A stretch of DNA of 40,719 bases, taken from a virus. Taxonomy: Duplodnaviria > Heunggongvirae > Uroviricota > Caudoviricetes. The stretch lies in IMG/VR virus record IMGVR_UViG_2734482569_000014; one strand, 5' to 3'. The translations under genes and the position numbers were made by a program. The notes beneath the pieces were generated by a model. That model made no database searches, had not been told where the DNA came from, and saw only the letters and a list, made by a program, of their open reading frames with translations. Shown here piece after piece: positions 1-9,513 of the stretch (the first letter of the stretch is position 1; each line of letters begins with the position of its first letter).

Positions 1-234
1 CGGCGGTGACTGCTCCTGCTCACCTGCCCGGAACACCACCGTGACGCCGGAGATGTTGGTATTCCCCTCACTGTCCAGCACCGGCGTACTGTTCAGCAGC
101 ACGCTTTTTAATCCATCCACCGGACCTTCAACCGGCCCTTCGCTGATGGCATCGATCACACTCAGCAGCTGCGTGGACTTCAGGTTGTCCTTCGCTTCGC
201 GCGGGGTATGCCCCTTACTGCTGCCTTTACCCAT
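1..234 (-). CDS. J: Tail tip / host-specificity protein J, N-terminal part only (gene continues beyond window start)
   Basis: Minus-strand translation from 234 reads MGKGSSKGHTPREAKDNLKSTQLLSVIDAISEGP, matching the lambda gpJ N-terminus as I recall it; GGA-rich SD just upstream; position after I in the K-I-J order. Confidence 0.8.
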   Translation of the reverse strand, partial: MGKGSSKGHTPREAKDNLKSTQLLSVIDAISEGPVEGPVDGLKSVLLNSTPVLDSEGNTNISGVTVVFRAGEQEQSPP

Positions 235-294
235 TCCTCACGCTCCATAAACGACAAAACCGCCCGCAGGCGGTTTCTCATAAAACATTTTGCA

Positions 295-942
295 TCAGCG
301 ACCAATCACCACAACCTGACCACCATCCCCTTCGTCTGCCGTGCTGATCTCCTGAGAAACCACACGTGACCCCACGCGCATTTCCCCGTACAGAACAGGC
401 AGAACATTACCCTGGGCAACCATGTTATCCAGTGACGAGAAATACGTGTTCTGTTTGCCGTTATCTGTACTGGCTGCCGTGGGCGTCCTGGCTTTCGGTG
501 CCAGCATCTGCGCCACACCACCCAGGATCATACTGGCCCCTGCTGCATACATACCCGATACAGCCGCGGCCCCCAGCCAGCCCACAGGGTTCCACCATGC
601 CACCGCAATCAGCGCCGCACCCAGCACCGCCTGAAACACACCGCCACTTTTGGCACCCGCCAGACGCGGAACGATGTGGATCACGGCACCATTTGCCAGC
701 GGTTCATTAAGACGGGCAGATAATTCATTTTCGCCTGCATCACGCCCGGCAATGCGCACCTGATACCAGCCGTCGCTCAGTTTCTGACGAAATGCCGGGA
801 GCTGTGTGGCCAGTGCCCGGATGGCTTCGGCCCCCGTTTTCACACGAAGGTCGATGCGGCGGCCAAATCGCTGCAAATCCCCGTAAAGGCAGATGCGTGC
901 CATGCCCGGTGACGCCAGAGGGAGTGTGTGCGTCGCTGCCAT
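295..942 (-). CDS. I: Tail assembly protein I
   Basis: ORF-track protein MAATHTLPLASPGMARICLYGDLQRFGRRIDLRV... closely resembles lambda gpI; synteny K-I-J. Confidence 0.85.
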   Translation of the reverse strand: MAATHTLPLASPGMARICLYGDLQRFGRRIDLRVKTGAEAIRALATQLPAFRQKLSDGWYQVRIAGRDAGENELSARLNEPLANGAVIHIVPRLAGAKSGGVFQAVLGAALIAVAWWNPVGWLGAAAVSGMYAAGASMILGGVAQMLAPKARTPTAASTDNGKQNTYFSSLDNMVAQGNVLPVLYGEMRVGSRVVSQEISTADEGDGGQVVVIGR

Positions 943-1502
943 TTGTCGGTATACCTCTCTCGTTTGCTCAGTTGTTCAGGAATATGGTGCAGCAGCTCGC
1001 CGTCACCACAGTAAATGGCGGCATGATTCGGCACCGATGAACCAAAACAGCACAGCAGCACATCGCCCGGCTGCGCCGTTGACAACGGCACCTGATACAG
1101 CCCTGTAGCCTCCAGATTATCCAGATAGAGATTCTGACCATTACGCCACCAGTCGTCCTCACGATGAAAATCTGGCATCTCAATTCCCGCCAGATGGTAA
1201 GCGTCCCGGAACAGCGTGTAACAGTCCGTCACCCCGTGCTCAAAGCGCCGCCCGGTGAGATGCGGCACACAGCGGAACTTGTGAATCGCCCCGCGGCAGA
1301 CCAGCCACCACGACAAATCACTCTGCACCTGCAGCCGCCGGTCGGCCTCACTCAGCCAGGGCAGACCACCGGGCGGCTCACCGGAAATATTCACGCAGGG
1401 AAAATATCTTTCCCCCTCCGGTGTTCTCACCACGAAGCCGCACGACTCCGCTGGCGCACATCGCCGGGCGTGCGCCAGAATCGCTGATTCTGTCTGTGTC
1501 AT
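840..1502 (-). CDS. K: Tail assembly protein K (JAMM/MPN plus NlpC/P60-like)
   Basis: ORF-track protein MTQTESAILAHARRCAPAESCGFVV... lambda gpK-like; overlaps I start as in the track. Confidence 0.8.
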   Translation of the reverse strand: MTQTESAILAHARRCAPAESCGFVVRTPEGERYFPCVNISGEPPGGLPWLSEADRRLQVQSDLSWWLVCRGAIHKFRCVPHLTGRRFEHGVTDCYTLFRDAYHLAGIEMPDFHREDDWWRNGQNLYLDNLEATGLYQVPLSTAQPGDVLLCCFGSSVPNHAAIYCGDGELLHHIPEQLSKRERYTDKWQRRTHSLWRHRAWHASAFTGICSDLAAASTFV

Positions 1503-1507
1503 GGGAT

Positions 1508-2206
1508 TTACTGCGAAAGTTTGTTAATGGAAAGGAAGCCGCCAAAGTTGCCGACGTTATTGCGGAACTTACAACCGCTCAGGCATTTGCTGCATTTATC
1601 CTTCGTGATATCGGACGTTGGCTGGTCATATTCATCCGCGACAGCCGGACCGTGATAACCGCACTCATCACCGCGATAGGTCCAGGTGCAGGTATTAGCA
1701 AGCATGATGCGCCCCGGAAAAACAGCGCCGTCCGTTTCCGTCGGCGTGGACAGTACAAAGGAGGCACTGACCGCGCTCAGTTCGCTGCACTGCTCAATAC
1801 GCCAGCGGCTGATCACCTCCTGCTCCGGATCGGCGTCACTGTTTCCGTTGACGAAGTTCACCGCATCCAGAAAACGGGCGTAAACCTTACGCCTGACCAC
1901 CGTTCCGCCGACCAGACTCTGCAGGTCTTCCGCCATCCCGGTGACCATGCCGTGCAGATTAGAGACTTTCAGCGTTGGCCTTGCACTGGCACCTTTGCCG
2001 TTCATCTCAAATCCACTCCCCTGAATGGGATAGGCCTGATACTGCCGACTCTGCCAGGTGACAGACTCTCCTTTCTCGTTCTGCTCATTGCAGAAAAAGT
2101 AGCGATCCCCGCCTACCTCGGTCAGGTCGATTTCCCAGAGCACCACGCTGGCCGACTGCTCCGCACGAATGCATTCATTCAGCGTTTCCTGTTGTATGTC
2201 CTGCAT
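1508..2206 (-). CDS. L: Minor tail protein L
   Basis: 232 aa, lambda gpL-like sequence with C-terminal Cys cluster; synteny. Confidence 0.85.
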   Translation of the reverse strand: MQDIQQETLNECIRAEQSASVVLWEIDLTEVGGDRYFFCNEQNEKGESVTWQSRQYQAYPIQGSGFEMNGKGASARPTLKVSNLHGMVTGMAEDLQSLVGGTVVRRKVYARFLDAVNFVNGNSDADPEQEVISRWRIEQCSELSAVSASFVLSTPTETDGAVFPGRIMLANTCTWTYRGDECGYHGPAVADEYDQPTSDITKDKCSKCLSGCKFRNNVGNFGGFLSINKLSQ

Positions 2207-2544
2207 CAGATCACCACTTCGTCAAACTGACACGAAAAATCGGTATAGGTGATATGTTCTGTCGCTGACCACGTTCGACACACCACTCTGATTTTTCTGT
2301 TAATACCCGGCGGGCGCCAAAAAAAAGATTTATAGCCTTCATGCCGGGCTAAAAATTTTTCAAATGAATCACGTTCATTCGCCTCAACTTTGAAATCACA
2401 GGTGAAAACGCGCAGAGAATGATTAAGTCCATTTGGACTTCGTTGCTCATAACCATCACCAAATCTTACAGTTTTTATCGATGGTTTATTTTCTGTTTTC
2501 ATTCCATCCTCTGGTAACCAGTGAAATTCTTCCGTATTAGCCAC
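2206..2544 (-). CDS. M: Minor tail protein M
   Basis: 112 aa, lambda gpM-like (VRFGDGY...FEVVI-type ending); synteny between H and L. Confidence 0.75.
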   Translation of the reverse strand: MANTEEFHWLPEDGMKTENKPSIKTVRFGDGYEQRSPNGLNHSLRVFTCDFKVEANERDSFEKFLARHEGYKSFFWRPPGINRKIRVVCRTWSATEHITYTDFSCQFDEVVI

Positions 2545-5500
2545 TTAACATTCCCCCATCACGTCGCATATTTAACAGATTGCCCTGCACCCGCTGATCA
2601 ACCATCCCCATAAGTGCTTTTATTGCCTGAGGGCCAATCTCTCCATTCTGGCCGTCATTTTGAATAGTGATTTGGTATACAGGGGCATAGGTAATATCTC
2701 CGCCTCCATTACCACTTTTACTATTAATAGCTCTGACACCAAGAGAACCATCGGAAGTTCGTGTTAATGGCATAATGGCTTCCGGTCCAGCCTCACCAAA
2801 AACACCAGCCCCTTTTGCAAAAGCAAAAAATTGCGGGGAATCATAAATACCGTTCGAATACGTGCTCAATGACGGAGACTCATAAACACCGCCCTTTGCA
2901 TTCGGAATAAATTTACTAATAGCACTCCCGATAGTTCCTAAAATCCCCCCAGAAGAACTGTTACTAATGCTGTCGAAAATCCCAGTAATTGAAGCCTTTA
3001 ATGCTATTCGACTAAGATCCGAAATCACGGAAGTAGCGAAAGAACGAAAATTTGCCTTGCCTGTCGTGACAAAATCACCCAGCGCATCGGTCATCCCATC
3101 AAACATCTGAGTCGTGGTTGATTTTATCTGCTCACTGATATCCTTAGTGTCATCCAGCCAGTTATTGAATCCCTGGGAGGCACCACTAACCCAGTCTCCT
3201 GCCTGAATATCGAGCTGCTCGTTTTTCTGTCTGACAATTTCTTTTTCCCGTTCCAGAGCATCATTCAGAGCCTGCATTTTCTCTTGAAAAACATGATCTG
3301 ACATTCCACGGGATTTATCTGCATAGTCACGTTCAAGTTGCAGACGCTGATTGTTATATCCATGTTCAATCCGCAGTAATTCCTGCTGGCGTTGCTGATT
3401 TTTATCGCCAACCCCATAACCAGCAATCTGAATATCATACCCCTGCTGACGATTATCAATCGAAGCCTGCAATGAATCACGCCATGCTGTTATTTCGGCG
3501 GATTCCTTGATTAGCCTGTTATTTTTTTCAATCGCAACATTTTTCTCCATCAACGTGGTTATTTCTTCCCGGTGTAAGAGAAGCGATTTCTGATCCTGGG
3601 TTAATTTCGATGATGGTCGTGACTCTAGGTCGGCAATCCGCTGACGCCACTTAACCAGTTCCTGTTCAGAGGAACTTAATTTAACGGTCAACTCAGCTTG
3701 TGAACTTAGTAACGCATTCTGTTGATTCAGATGATCAATCATTCGTTGGGCTGCATCATCAGAATAACCTTTCGCCTTTGGTTGCTTTGGATCTTTATAA
3801 CGCTCATTTATTTGAGCGATAAGATTATTATATTCTTCCTTTGAATACTGATTCTTTAGCTTTTCCAGTTTTGCAAGTTCACTAGCTCTCTGCTGCTCCC
3901 GGGTCTGATATTGTTTTGAAAAGGCATCTGCTCTCTGTCTGAGTTCAATTCCTTCCTGTTGTCGCTTGTTGTAATCGTTTATTGATGAATTTAGTACGTC
4001 CTGAGCAATTTTTTCTGCTTGAAGTACGCCCAATTGCTGCTTTAATCGTGCCAGCCTTTTATTTTGAGCTCCGCCATCTCCAATGCCACCTAACCCGAAA
4101 ACTCCGGGTCGGGTATTTTTTTCTATTTCATCAATTTGACGGAGAACATCTGAGATTTTTTGATCAAGGGAGGCCTCACGGCCAATATCCAGCATGGAAT
4201 CCCATGCCCATTTTGCGGAGTCTGCGACAGCTTTCCATGCAGTCTCAAGATAACCAAGATTTTCTTTAATCTGGTTGGTGCGCTGGATCATTGAGGATGA
4301 GTATTCTTCTGTCGCAATGCGGGCGGCCTCCTGCTGGTTCCCTTCATCCTGTAGCGCCTTAATCTGGTTATAAGTCGCAAGTGTCAGAAAATGGTACTGA
4401 TCATTAAGTTTTGATATGGCACTGACAGGATCCTTTGCAATTTCATTGAAGTCATTAACCAGTTGTTCGGTTGATATTCCTGTTACTTCGCTCGTTTTTA
4501 CTATCGCTGTCGTCACTTGCTCCAGCGAACTGCTCGCTACCTTTCCCGAACGCACAAGCTGATTTAATACTGCCGCCGCAGCACCAGTTGTCGAATCAGC
4601 CGCATTCCCGGCACGTTGAGCTATATCGCCCAATTGCCCGCTGGTTGTCCCCAACTGATTTCCGGTAAGAATAAGAGATTTATTAAATTCGTCCTGCTCC
4701 TGAGAGCCTTTATAGTAAGCCAGTCCTAAGACCCCAACGGCTGCTGCGGCCAGGGTAAAAGGATTAATTAATCCCAGCACATAAGAACCTACACCTTTGA
4801 TCGCCGGGCCAATCCCACCGAACATATCTTTTAGCTGGCCGCCCTGCTGCATTAACACCATAAATGGCGACTGACCAGTGGACAACCCAACAACAATATC
4901 CGTCATTTGTACAGGCAACATGCGCATAGCAAAAGCCGTTTGTTTTGCCGACATTCCGGTTTTGCTTAATTGTGATTGAGTAACCTCAAGCTCACTCCGC
5001 ATAGCACGAAGTTTTCCAGAAAGCTCCTCATACATTTCAGGAGAAAGCATCCCCTTAGCTTTTGCTTCATTGAGCTGTTTCTGTTGTTCTACCAGACGAT
5101 TAAAAGCAGTTCCGACAGGATCAAGTTGAGCAATCAGACGTTGCAAAGCAACAACCTGTTCATCATGCGCTTTTGCTGCTTCTCGCTCTGCCTGAGCCTC
5201 TCCGGTAAGCTCTCGCCGTGTTTCCTGTATTTTTCGGCTATAATTCTCAAACTGAGAACCATTTATTTTCCCGGATGCAAACGCAGCATTAAGTTCATCA
5301 TGCTGTTGTTCAAGATTTCTTAGCGCCGCAGCCAGAGGGTCGATCTTGTCCAGCATTCTTTGAAAGGCCTGAGCCTGCGCTTCCTGCTGGGCGGCAGCAA
5401 GTTTTCCGGCCTTCTCGGCTTCTCTCTGCGCTTGCGCAACCCCGCTCAATTCCTCTGTGGTTTCATTAAGTTTACGGACAAGAAATTCATATTCTTCTTT

Positions 5501-5770
5501 ATCAATAAGCCCTTTATCGAAAAATTTCTTTAATTCAGAATAGCGTCGACCGACAGTATCAATTGCGGCACCAACTGGATCAATAGCTGCTTTTAATTTT
5601 GCGAGCGCGTTCTTCTCATCTTCTGTTGCCTTAGTCACTTTCCCTGCGCTATTTGCAGCAGTTTCCCCAGCCTGCGTCATTTTGACTAATGAGGAGGTCA
5701 GATTGTCAGCATTATTTTTCGCTCCAGTGCTATCAATAATTATTGCGAGACGCGAGGTTTGCTCTGCCAT
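2537..5770 (-). CDS. H: Tail tape measure protein
   Basis: 1077 aa, long coiled-coil-rich protein with hydrophobic glycine-rich central segment; position between chaperone G/GT and M. Confidence 0.9.
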   Translation of the reverse strand: MAEQTSRLAIIIDSTGAKNNADNLTSSLVKMTQAGETAANSAGKVTKATEDEKNALAKLKAAIDPVGAAIDTVGRRYSELKKFFDKGLIDKEEYEFLVRKLNETTEELSGVAQAQREAEKAGKLAAAQQEAQAQAFQRMLDKIDPLAAALRNLEQQHDELNAAFASGKINGSQFENYSRKIQETRRELTGEAQAEREAAKAHDEQVVALQRLIAQLDPVGTAFNRLVEQQKQLNEAKAKGMLSPEMYEELSGKLRAMRSELEVTQSQLSKTGMSAKQTAFAMRMLPVQMTDIVVGLSTGQSPFMVLMQQGGQLKDMFGGIGPAIKGVGSYVLGLINPFTLAAAAVGVLGLAYYKGSQEQDEFNKSLILTGNQLGTTSGQLGDIAQRAGNAADSTTGAAAAVLNQLVRSGKVASSSLEQVTTAIVKTSEVTGISTEQLVNDFNEIAKDPVSAISKLNDQYHFLTLATYNQIKALQDEGNQQEAARIATEEYSSSMIQRTNQIKENLGYLETAWKAVADSAKWAWDSMLDIGREASLDQKISDVLRQIDEIEKNTRPGVFGLGGIGDGGAQNKRLARLKQQLGVLQAEKIAQDVLNSSINDYNKRQQEGIELRQRADAFSKQYQTREQQRASELAKLEKLKNQYSKEEYNNLIAQINERYKDPKQPKAKGYSDDAAQRMIDHLNQQNALLSSQAELTVKLSSSEQELVKWRQRIADLESRPSSKLTQDQKSLLLHREEITTLMEKNVAIEKNNRLIKESAEITAWRDSLQASIDNRQQGYDIQIAGYGVGDKNQQRQQELLRIEHGYNNQRLQLERDYADKSRGMSDHVFQEKMQALNDALEREKEIVRQKNEQLDIQAGDWVSGASQGFNNWLDDTKDISEQIKSTTTQMFDGMTDALGDFVTTGKANFRSFATSVISDLSRIALKASITGIFDSISNSSSGGILGTIGSAISKFIPNAKGGVYESPSLSTYSNGIYDSPQFFAFAKGAGVFGEAGPEAIMPLTRTSDGSLGVRAINSKSGNGGGDITYAPVYQITIQNDGQNGEIGPQAIKALMGMVDQRVQGNLLNMRRDGGMLSG

Positions 5771-5790
5771 TTATTAAAACTCCTGACAAC

Positions 5791-5815
5791 AAAAAACCCA
5801 CCGCGAAGTGGGTTT
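5791..5815 (-). terminator. Terminator-like GC hairpin with U-tract between GT and tape measure gene
   Basis: Minus-strand RNA reads AAACCCAC-UUCGCG-GUGGGUUUUUUG immediately upstream of the H ribosome binding site. Confidence 0.3.
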
Positions 5816-5935
5816 CAGGCGACATAATAGTAGATATAGCGATTACGAGGCCACGCAATGCTTTTCTCCAGGAGCATCATCGATTTAATTAAAGACACCA
5901 TCACATCTCTGTAACAGAGTGTACGTAATTAACAA

Positions 5936-6256
5936 CTACACACACTGCTCCTGAAAATACTGGTCATCCAGTGCAAAGATCACTGCTTCAAATTCATCGC
6001 GCTCAATCAATACCGGATGAGTGGCTAAATATTCATTTATCTCTGTCAGAGATAAAGGCAAAGGCACCCCAGCCATTCCAGCATAACGTCGGGCACGGGA
6101 TATTACCGAATAGGCGTACAACAACTCCTTAAGCACCGGGTCTATTTCTGGTTCCGGTATCGGTGGCAACCTGAGTTTTTCTCGCTTCCATCTTGCCTTT
6201 TCCCCCCTTTCTCCCCCGAACTCCGATAACCACCGCTGGGCAGCTATGGCTTTTTT
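5936..6256 (-). CDS. T-frame extension of tail assembly chaperone (C-terminal part of the GT -1 frameshift fusion)
   Basis: ORF 5936..6169 is in the -1 frame relative to G; reading that frame from the slippery site gives an open frame KKAIAAQRWLSEFGGERGEKARWKREKLR that runs into MPPIPEPEID...; canonical G/GT arrangement upstream of the tape measure gene. Confidence 0.6.
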   Translation of the reverse strand, partial: KKAIAAQRWLSEFGGERGEKARWKREKLRLPPIPEPEIDPVLKELLYAYSVISRARRYAGMAGVPLPLSLTEINEYLATHPVLIERDEFEAVIFALDDQYFQEQCV

Positions 6257-6705
6257 ATCGTATCCTGCTTCTGCTGCTCTTTACCCTGGGCGATGCTGGC
6301 TGCTTCTGCAAGGATCTGCCAGTACAACTCTGGATTCTGCTTAAGCAGCGCGATCCCTCGTTCTGCCGTATATTCCAGTGCAACCTCAACACCATTAACC
6401 AGTTCACCAACCCCTTTCCAGTCTTTCAGCAGATAACGAGCGGCATTATCAATGAGTAAATCATCAACAGAATCCACCTCGGAAACCTTTGAAATATCAA
6501 ACTCCTTCGTTCCGACGTGCAAACTGGCATCCATTTTCTCAATGTGGCGACGGATTAATGCATTACGGGAGCGATACTGATCGTTATCGCTGCTTGCCAC
6601 CAACAGTTTTAACCCGTCTACAGGTTTTAAGTCCTTCATTGGCGTAAACCAGCGTTCTCCACCAATGATAATTTTCTGATTAAGAATAAACATCCATAAC
6701 CTCAT
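6244..6705 (-). CDS. G: Tail assembly chaperone G
   Basis: 153 aa acidic protein immediately upstream of the tape measure gene; ends ...QKQDTIKKP with the slippery heptamer two codons before the stop. Confidence 0.7.
   Translation of the reverse strand: MRLWMFILNQKIIIGGERWFTPMKDLKPVDGLKLLVASSDNDQYRSRNALIRRHIEKMDASLHVGTKEFDISKVSEVDSVDDLLIDNAARYLLKDWKGVGELVNGVEVALEYTAERGIALLKQNPELYWQILAEAASIAQGKEQQKQDTIKKP
6250..6256 (-). promoter_or_regulatory. Programmed -1 ribosomal frameshift slippery heptamer A_AAA_AAG (G to GT)
   Basis: Minus-strand mRNA ...GAU ACG AUA AAA AAG CCA UAG; heptamer identical to the dnaX-type slippery site; the -1 frame is open into the T ORF. Confidence 0.6.
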
Positions 6706-6753
6706 TCAATGCGTCCCCCTGTAGGGCAGTACCACAGGAGGAATAACGGAAAA

Positions 6754-7716
6754 TCAACTAATCGCCTCAGCACTGGCTTTTGCGATCACGGCAGCCGGGG
6801 AATTTTTTTTTCTGGTTATCGTAGGTGCTTCATCTGCTGCGGTAATGCTCAATTGAACCTGGATAATGTCGCTATTACCCCCATCAGGCCATTCACCTGA
6901 CACCTGAACCTTCGGGAAACTGAAAGTGTATGCCCCCTCTCCATTCGAAAGCGTGAAGCTGAACGGAACTGTTTCTCCAGTCAGTGTTTTACTCCAGATT
7001 TCCCACGCGGCTTTAGACCATGAAAGCGTCACCGTACCGGACGGTGTAAAAGTAGTCGGAATATTTGCTCCTGCATAAGGCGAGCCAGTCCCGATACAAC
7101 GCTGTGTCTGGAGTTTGTTATCGAACTGAATATCAAAACTGTCGATACAAAAACCGTTACCTCCGGCAACACCATTCAGGCTTACTGCTGAAACCTCCTT
7201 AAACGAATAACGTAGCTTTCCTGCACTATCCACAGGTTCGCCTTTGATAAAATTCGTATCATCGGCCTTTGATTCCCAGTCCAGTCCGGCAAAGGTTACG
7301 GTCGCTGTAATATCGCCGTCGTTAGGGATCTGCATTTTCCATGAGCCAACCTGCGCTCCTCTGACGACAGAGGCAATTCCGACATCGGACGCATAGGTCG
7401 CCAGAGAAAATGTTATTCGCTCATTCCCCATTGTCAGAGAATCGCCTGACCATTCCGCGCCGAAACAGGATGCAAGAAAATCATCATGTTGACCCCAGCG
7501 AAATTTGGTACCAACATCACCGCCGACATCCACAGTGCCAGGCGTCGCCCCCTGAGCCATCCGGGAGCCACCAATCTCATTATTTTCGCCTTTATTCTGG
7601 GTGGGTTTTACTCCCCAGCTTGTGCGTTTTAATAAACTCCAGTCACCACTTGCTGGCGTAGTGCCTGCAACCGTCTCCCGGATAAATGCCGAGATAACCT
7701 TTGCACCTGAACTCAC
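6754..7716 (-). CDS. Major tail (tube) protein, probably with C-terminal Ig-like extension
   Basis: 320 aa, located directly upstream of the G/GT chaperone; Ser/Thr/Gly-rich beta-type sequence; assignment by synteny and composition. Confidence 0.7.
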   Translation of the reverse strand: MSSGAKVISAFIRETVAGTTPASGDWSLLKRTSWGVKPTQNKGENNEIGGSRMAQGATPGTVDVGGDVGTKFRWGQHDDFLASCFGAEWSGDSLTMGNERITFSLATYASDVGIASVVRGAQVGSWKMQIPNDGDITATVTFAGLDWESKADDTNFIKGEPVDSAGKLRYSFKEVSAVSLNGVAGGNGFCIDSFDIQFDNKLQTQRCIGTGSPYAGANIPTTFTPSGTVTLSWSKAAWEIWSKTLTGETVPFSFTLSNGEGAYTFSFPKVQVSGEWPDGGNSDIIQVQLSITAADEAPTITRKKNSPAAVIAKASAEAIS

Positions 7717-7742
7717 AGGAGCCTCCTATGTCATTAATTGCG

Positions 7743-8135
7743 CTAGAGCGCGCGATATGGAATTTGAAGATTAAGCTGGAACCAGCCATTCTTTTCGCCA
7801 ACGGCTATTGAGGAAACAGCCTGGTAACTGAGACGATCGTCATCCTGAAACTCAAACAGTTCCCGCAATTTATCGGCTGTCTCAGTAATGAGTTTTGAAC
7901 CAGAACCTGCGGGGACAAATAACTGAATAATGATTATCCCCGTGCGATAAACAACCGGCCCCGCGCCAATTTCATTAACTCCAGCCTGCCCGGGAATATT
8001 ACTTAACCGCGCCCAGATTAACTTTCCGGAAGGATCGAACGTTGGCCCGTTCGGATACAATACGTCTTTTCCATCAATAATCGTCTGTGCCGTCATTCTG
8101 GAAATAACCGTATTTCTGATTTCAGTAAACTTCAT
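7743..8135 (-). CDS. Tail terminator / tail completion protein (gpU-like position)
   Basis: 130 aa ORF immediately upstream of major tail gene; synteny only. Confidence 0.45.
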   Translation of the reverse strand: MKFTEIRNTVISRMTAQTIIDGKDVLYPNGPTFDPSGKLIWARLSNIPGQAGVNEIGAGPVVYRTGIIIIQLFVPAGSGSKLITETADKLRELFEFQDDDRLSYQAVSSIAVGEKNGWFQLNLQIPYRAL

Positions 8136-8512
8136 TTGTAAGCCTGTAAAACACCATGAAAAGCGTTGGCATACACGCCAGTTGGCGCTTGTTGTGAATG
8201 ACCGTTTTCAAGAGCCTCTGCATAAGGAAGGTTATTCTGGATATAAATAACCCCGTAATTTGCAGCTTTCGAAATAACCCCGATCCCACGCTGAACAGCA
8301 ATCGTACCGTTCGGATCCACGTTATCAGATATACCAAAATCGGGATGCTGTAACGACACCAGGTTGTTATTTCTGAAACGTCCGGTATCAACCGGAGCAG
8401 CAATATCAATAGCAGTAAGAATCTGCATAGCGATGTAGCGAATCTTCAGCCCTACATCTTCCTCAATCATCCCGGCAAATATTGACGGTTCTATATCCCA
8501 TGCCTTTGCCAT
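8132..8512 (-). CDS. Head-tail joining protein (HK97 gp10-like)
   Basis: 126 aa ORF in head-tail connector block; synteny and recalled family resemblance. Confidence 0.45.
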   Translation of the reverse strand: MAKAWDIEPSIFAGMIEEDVGLKIRYIAMQILTAIDIAAPVDTGRFRNNNLVSLQHPDFGISDNVDPNGTIAVQRGIGVISKAANYGVIYIQNNLPYAEALENGHSQQAPTGVYANAFHGVLQAYK

Positions 8513-8896
8513 TTACGCTCTCCTTAACTGGATAGAGTAAACTGATGCGGAAGGATCTACACTTGCTGTAATTACCTCGTATCGTTGTAACTGCCTTGAT
8601 ACAGGATCATAAATCTCAATAATATGGTCGACAGCTGGTTTATCCGTAACCTCGCATACCAGAGCGGTTAATTTAAGGTCACCATGCAAAATATTAATCC
8701 CATCAATTCTGCCCAGCTTATAACGTGTCAACACGCCTCGCCCGGTATAGATTGCGGTGGATTCGCCGCCAGTTTCCGTCACAGGATCCCAGTGCCGGTG
8801 CGTAACGTAAGAACCAGAAAAATCACTCACGGCGTCCGCTAAATCCTCATCAAAAGCAGCGGCAACCTCTGACTGAATCTCTTCACGAAGCCCCAT
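8513..8896 (-). CDS. Head-tail adaptor / head closure protein
   Basis: 127 aa ORF, translationally abutting neighbours in the connector block; synteny. Confidence 0.4.
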   Translation of the reverse strand: MGLREEIQSEVAAAFDEDLADAVSDFSGSYVTHRHWDPVTETGGESTAIYTGRGVLTRYKLGRIDGINILHGDLKLTALVCEVTDKPAVDHIIEIYDPVSRQLQRYEVITASVDPSASVYSIQLRRA

Positions 8897-9291
8897 TATC
8901 CCCCCCTCACAACCCTGACTTGTGAGCGACTAAGTCCGTACGGTTTCAGCAGTGCTATCGCAAGCTGTAAATCGGGTTCAAGCAATGCAGTGCTGTTTGC
9001 TGGCAACTCAGAAAATGATTTCGATACACTGACCCCGTCAGCCGACACGGCTTTACTGATAACAACGCCAGAATCATTTTTCTGCTGAAACAACTTACCG
9101 AATGAGGCAATTCTGGCTGCATATGCTCCCGCAAGTTTTACCTCTTCCGGAATACGGGATGGGTTAATTTTCAGGTTGAAGCCATTAAGCCAGGCATTAG
9201 CCATTAAAACAGCTTTATTTTTAGCGTTCTCACTCGTCCAGGCGTTCCCAAACGCATTATCAACGTCATCACAGGTCACGTAAGTGATCAT
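8896..9291 (-). CDS. Head-tail connector (gp6-like) protein
   Basis: 131 aa ORF; AGGAG SD overlaps the stop of the upstream small ORF; synteny. Confidence 0.4.
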   Translation of the reverse strand: MITYVTCDDVDNAFGNAWTSENAKNKAVLMANAWLNGFNLKINPSRIPEEVKLAGAYAARIASFGKLFQQKNDSGVVISKAVSADGVSVSKSFSELPANSTALLEPDLQLAIALLKPYGLSRSQVRVVRGG

Positions 9292-9294
9292 GTG

Positions 9295-9471
9295 TTACTC
9301 CTGAGTTTTCCAGCCCATAGCCTTCCAGTTGTCAACTTCATCAGGATGAACATTAGCGATAGTTGGTGCGCCGGGAAACATCTGATAATCGGTCACCATA
9401 ACCACTAACTCAATTTGCGTTTTTTGTGCGGCTTCACGCTGTGCTCTTTGCTCTTTAGTTAATCCGGCCAT
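9295..9471 (-). CDS. Small hypothetical protein (58 aa) between capsid and connector genes
   Basis: Hand-translated: MAGLTKEQRAQREAAQKTQIELVVMVTDYQMFPGAPTIANVHPDEVDNWKAMGWKTQE; below the ORF-track size cutoff; G-rich SD upstream. Confidence 0.3.
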   Translation of the reverse strand: MAGLTKEQRAQREAAQKTQIELVVMVTDYQMFPGAPTIANVHPDEVDNWKAMGWKTQE

Positions 9472-9489
9472 ATGCCCCCCATTAAAAAT

Positions 9490-9503
9490 GGGGCCGAAGC
9501 CCC
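9490..9503 (-). terminator. Intrinsic terminator candidate downstream of major capsid gene
   Basis: Minus-strand RNA GGGGC-UUCG-GCCCC followed by AUUUUUAAU, starting about 10 nt after the capsid stop codon. Confidence 0.5.
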
Positions 9504-9513
9504 GTTTGAATGT

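Noticed and set aside
41-250. Plus-strand 69-aa ORF at the window start
   Set aside because: Lies antisense to the J gene N-terminus, whose minus-strand translation matches lambda gpJ; proline/serine-rich product with no start context.
3265-5323. Several 60 to 115 aa ORFs on both strands inside the tape measure gene
   Set aside because: All are embedded in or antisense to a 1077-aa gene with clear tape-measure character; low-complexity products typical of spurious frames.
6799-6813. Programmed frameshift at the A9 tract extending the major tail protein
   Set aside because: By hand translation both alternative frames hit stop codons within about 15 codons, so no substantial extension (for example an added Ig domain) would result; kept only as a low-interest slippage note.
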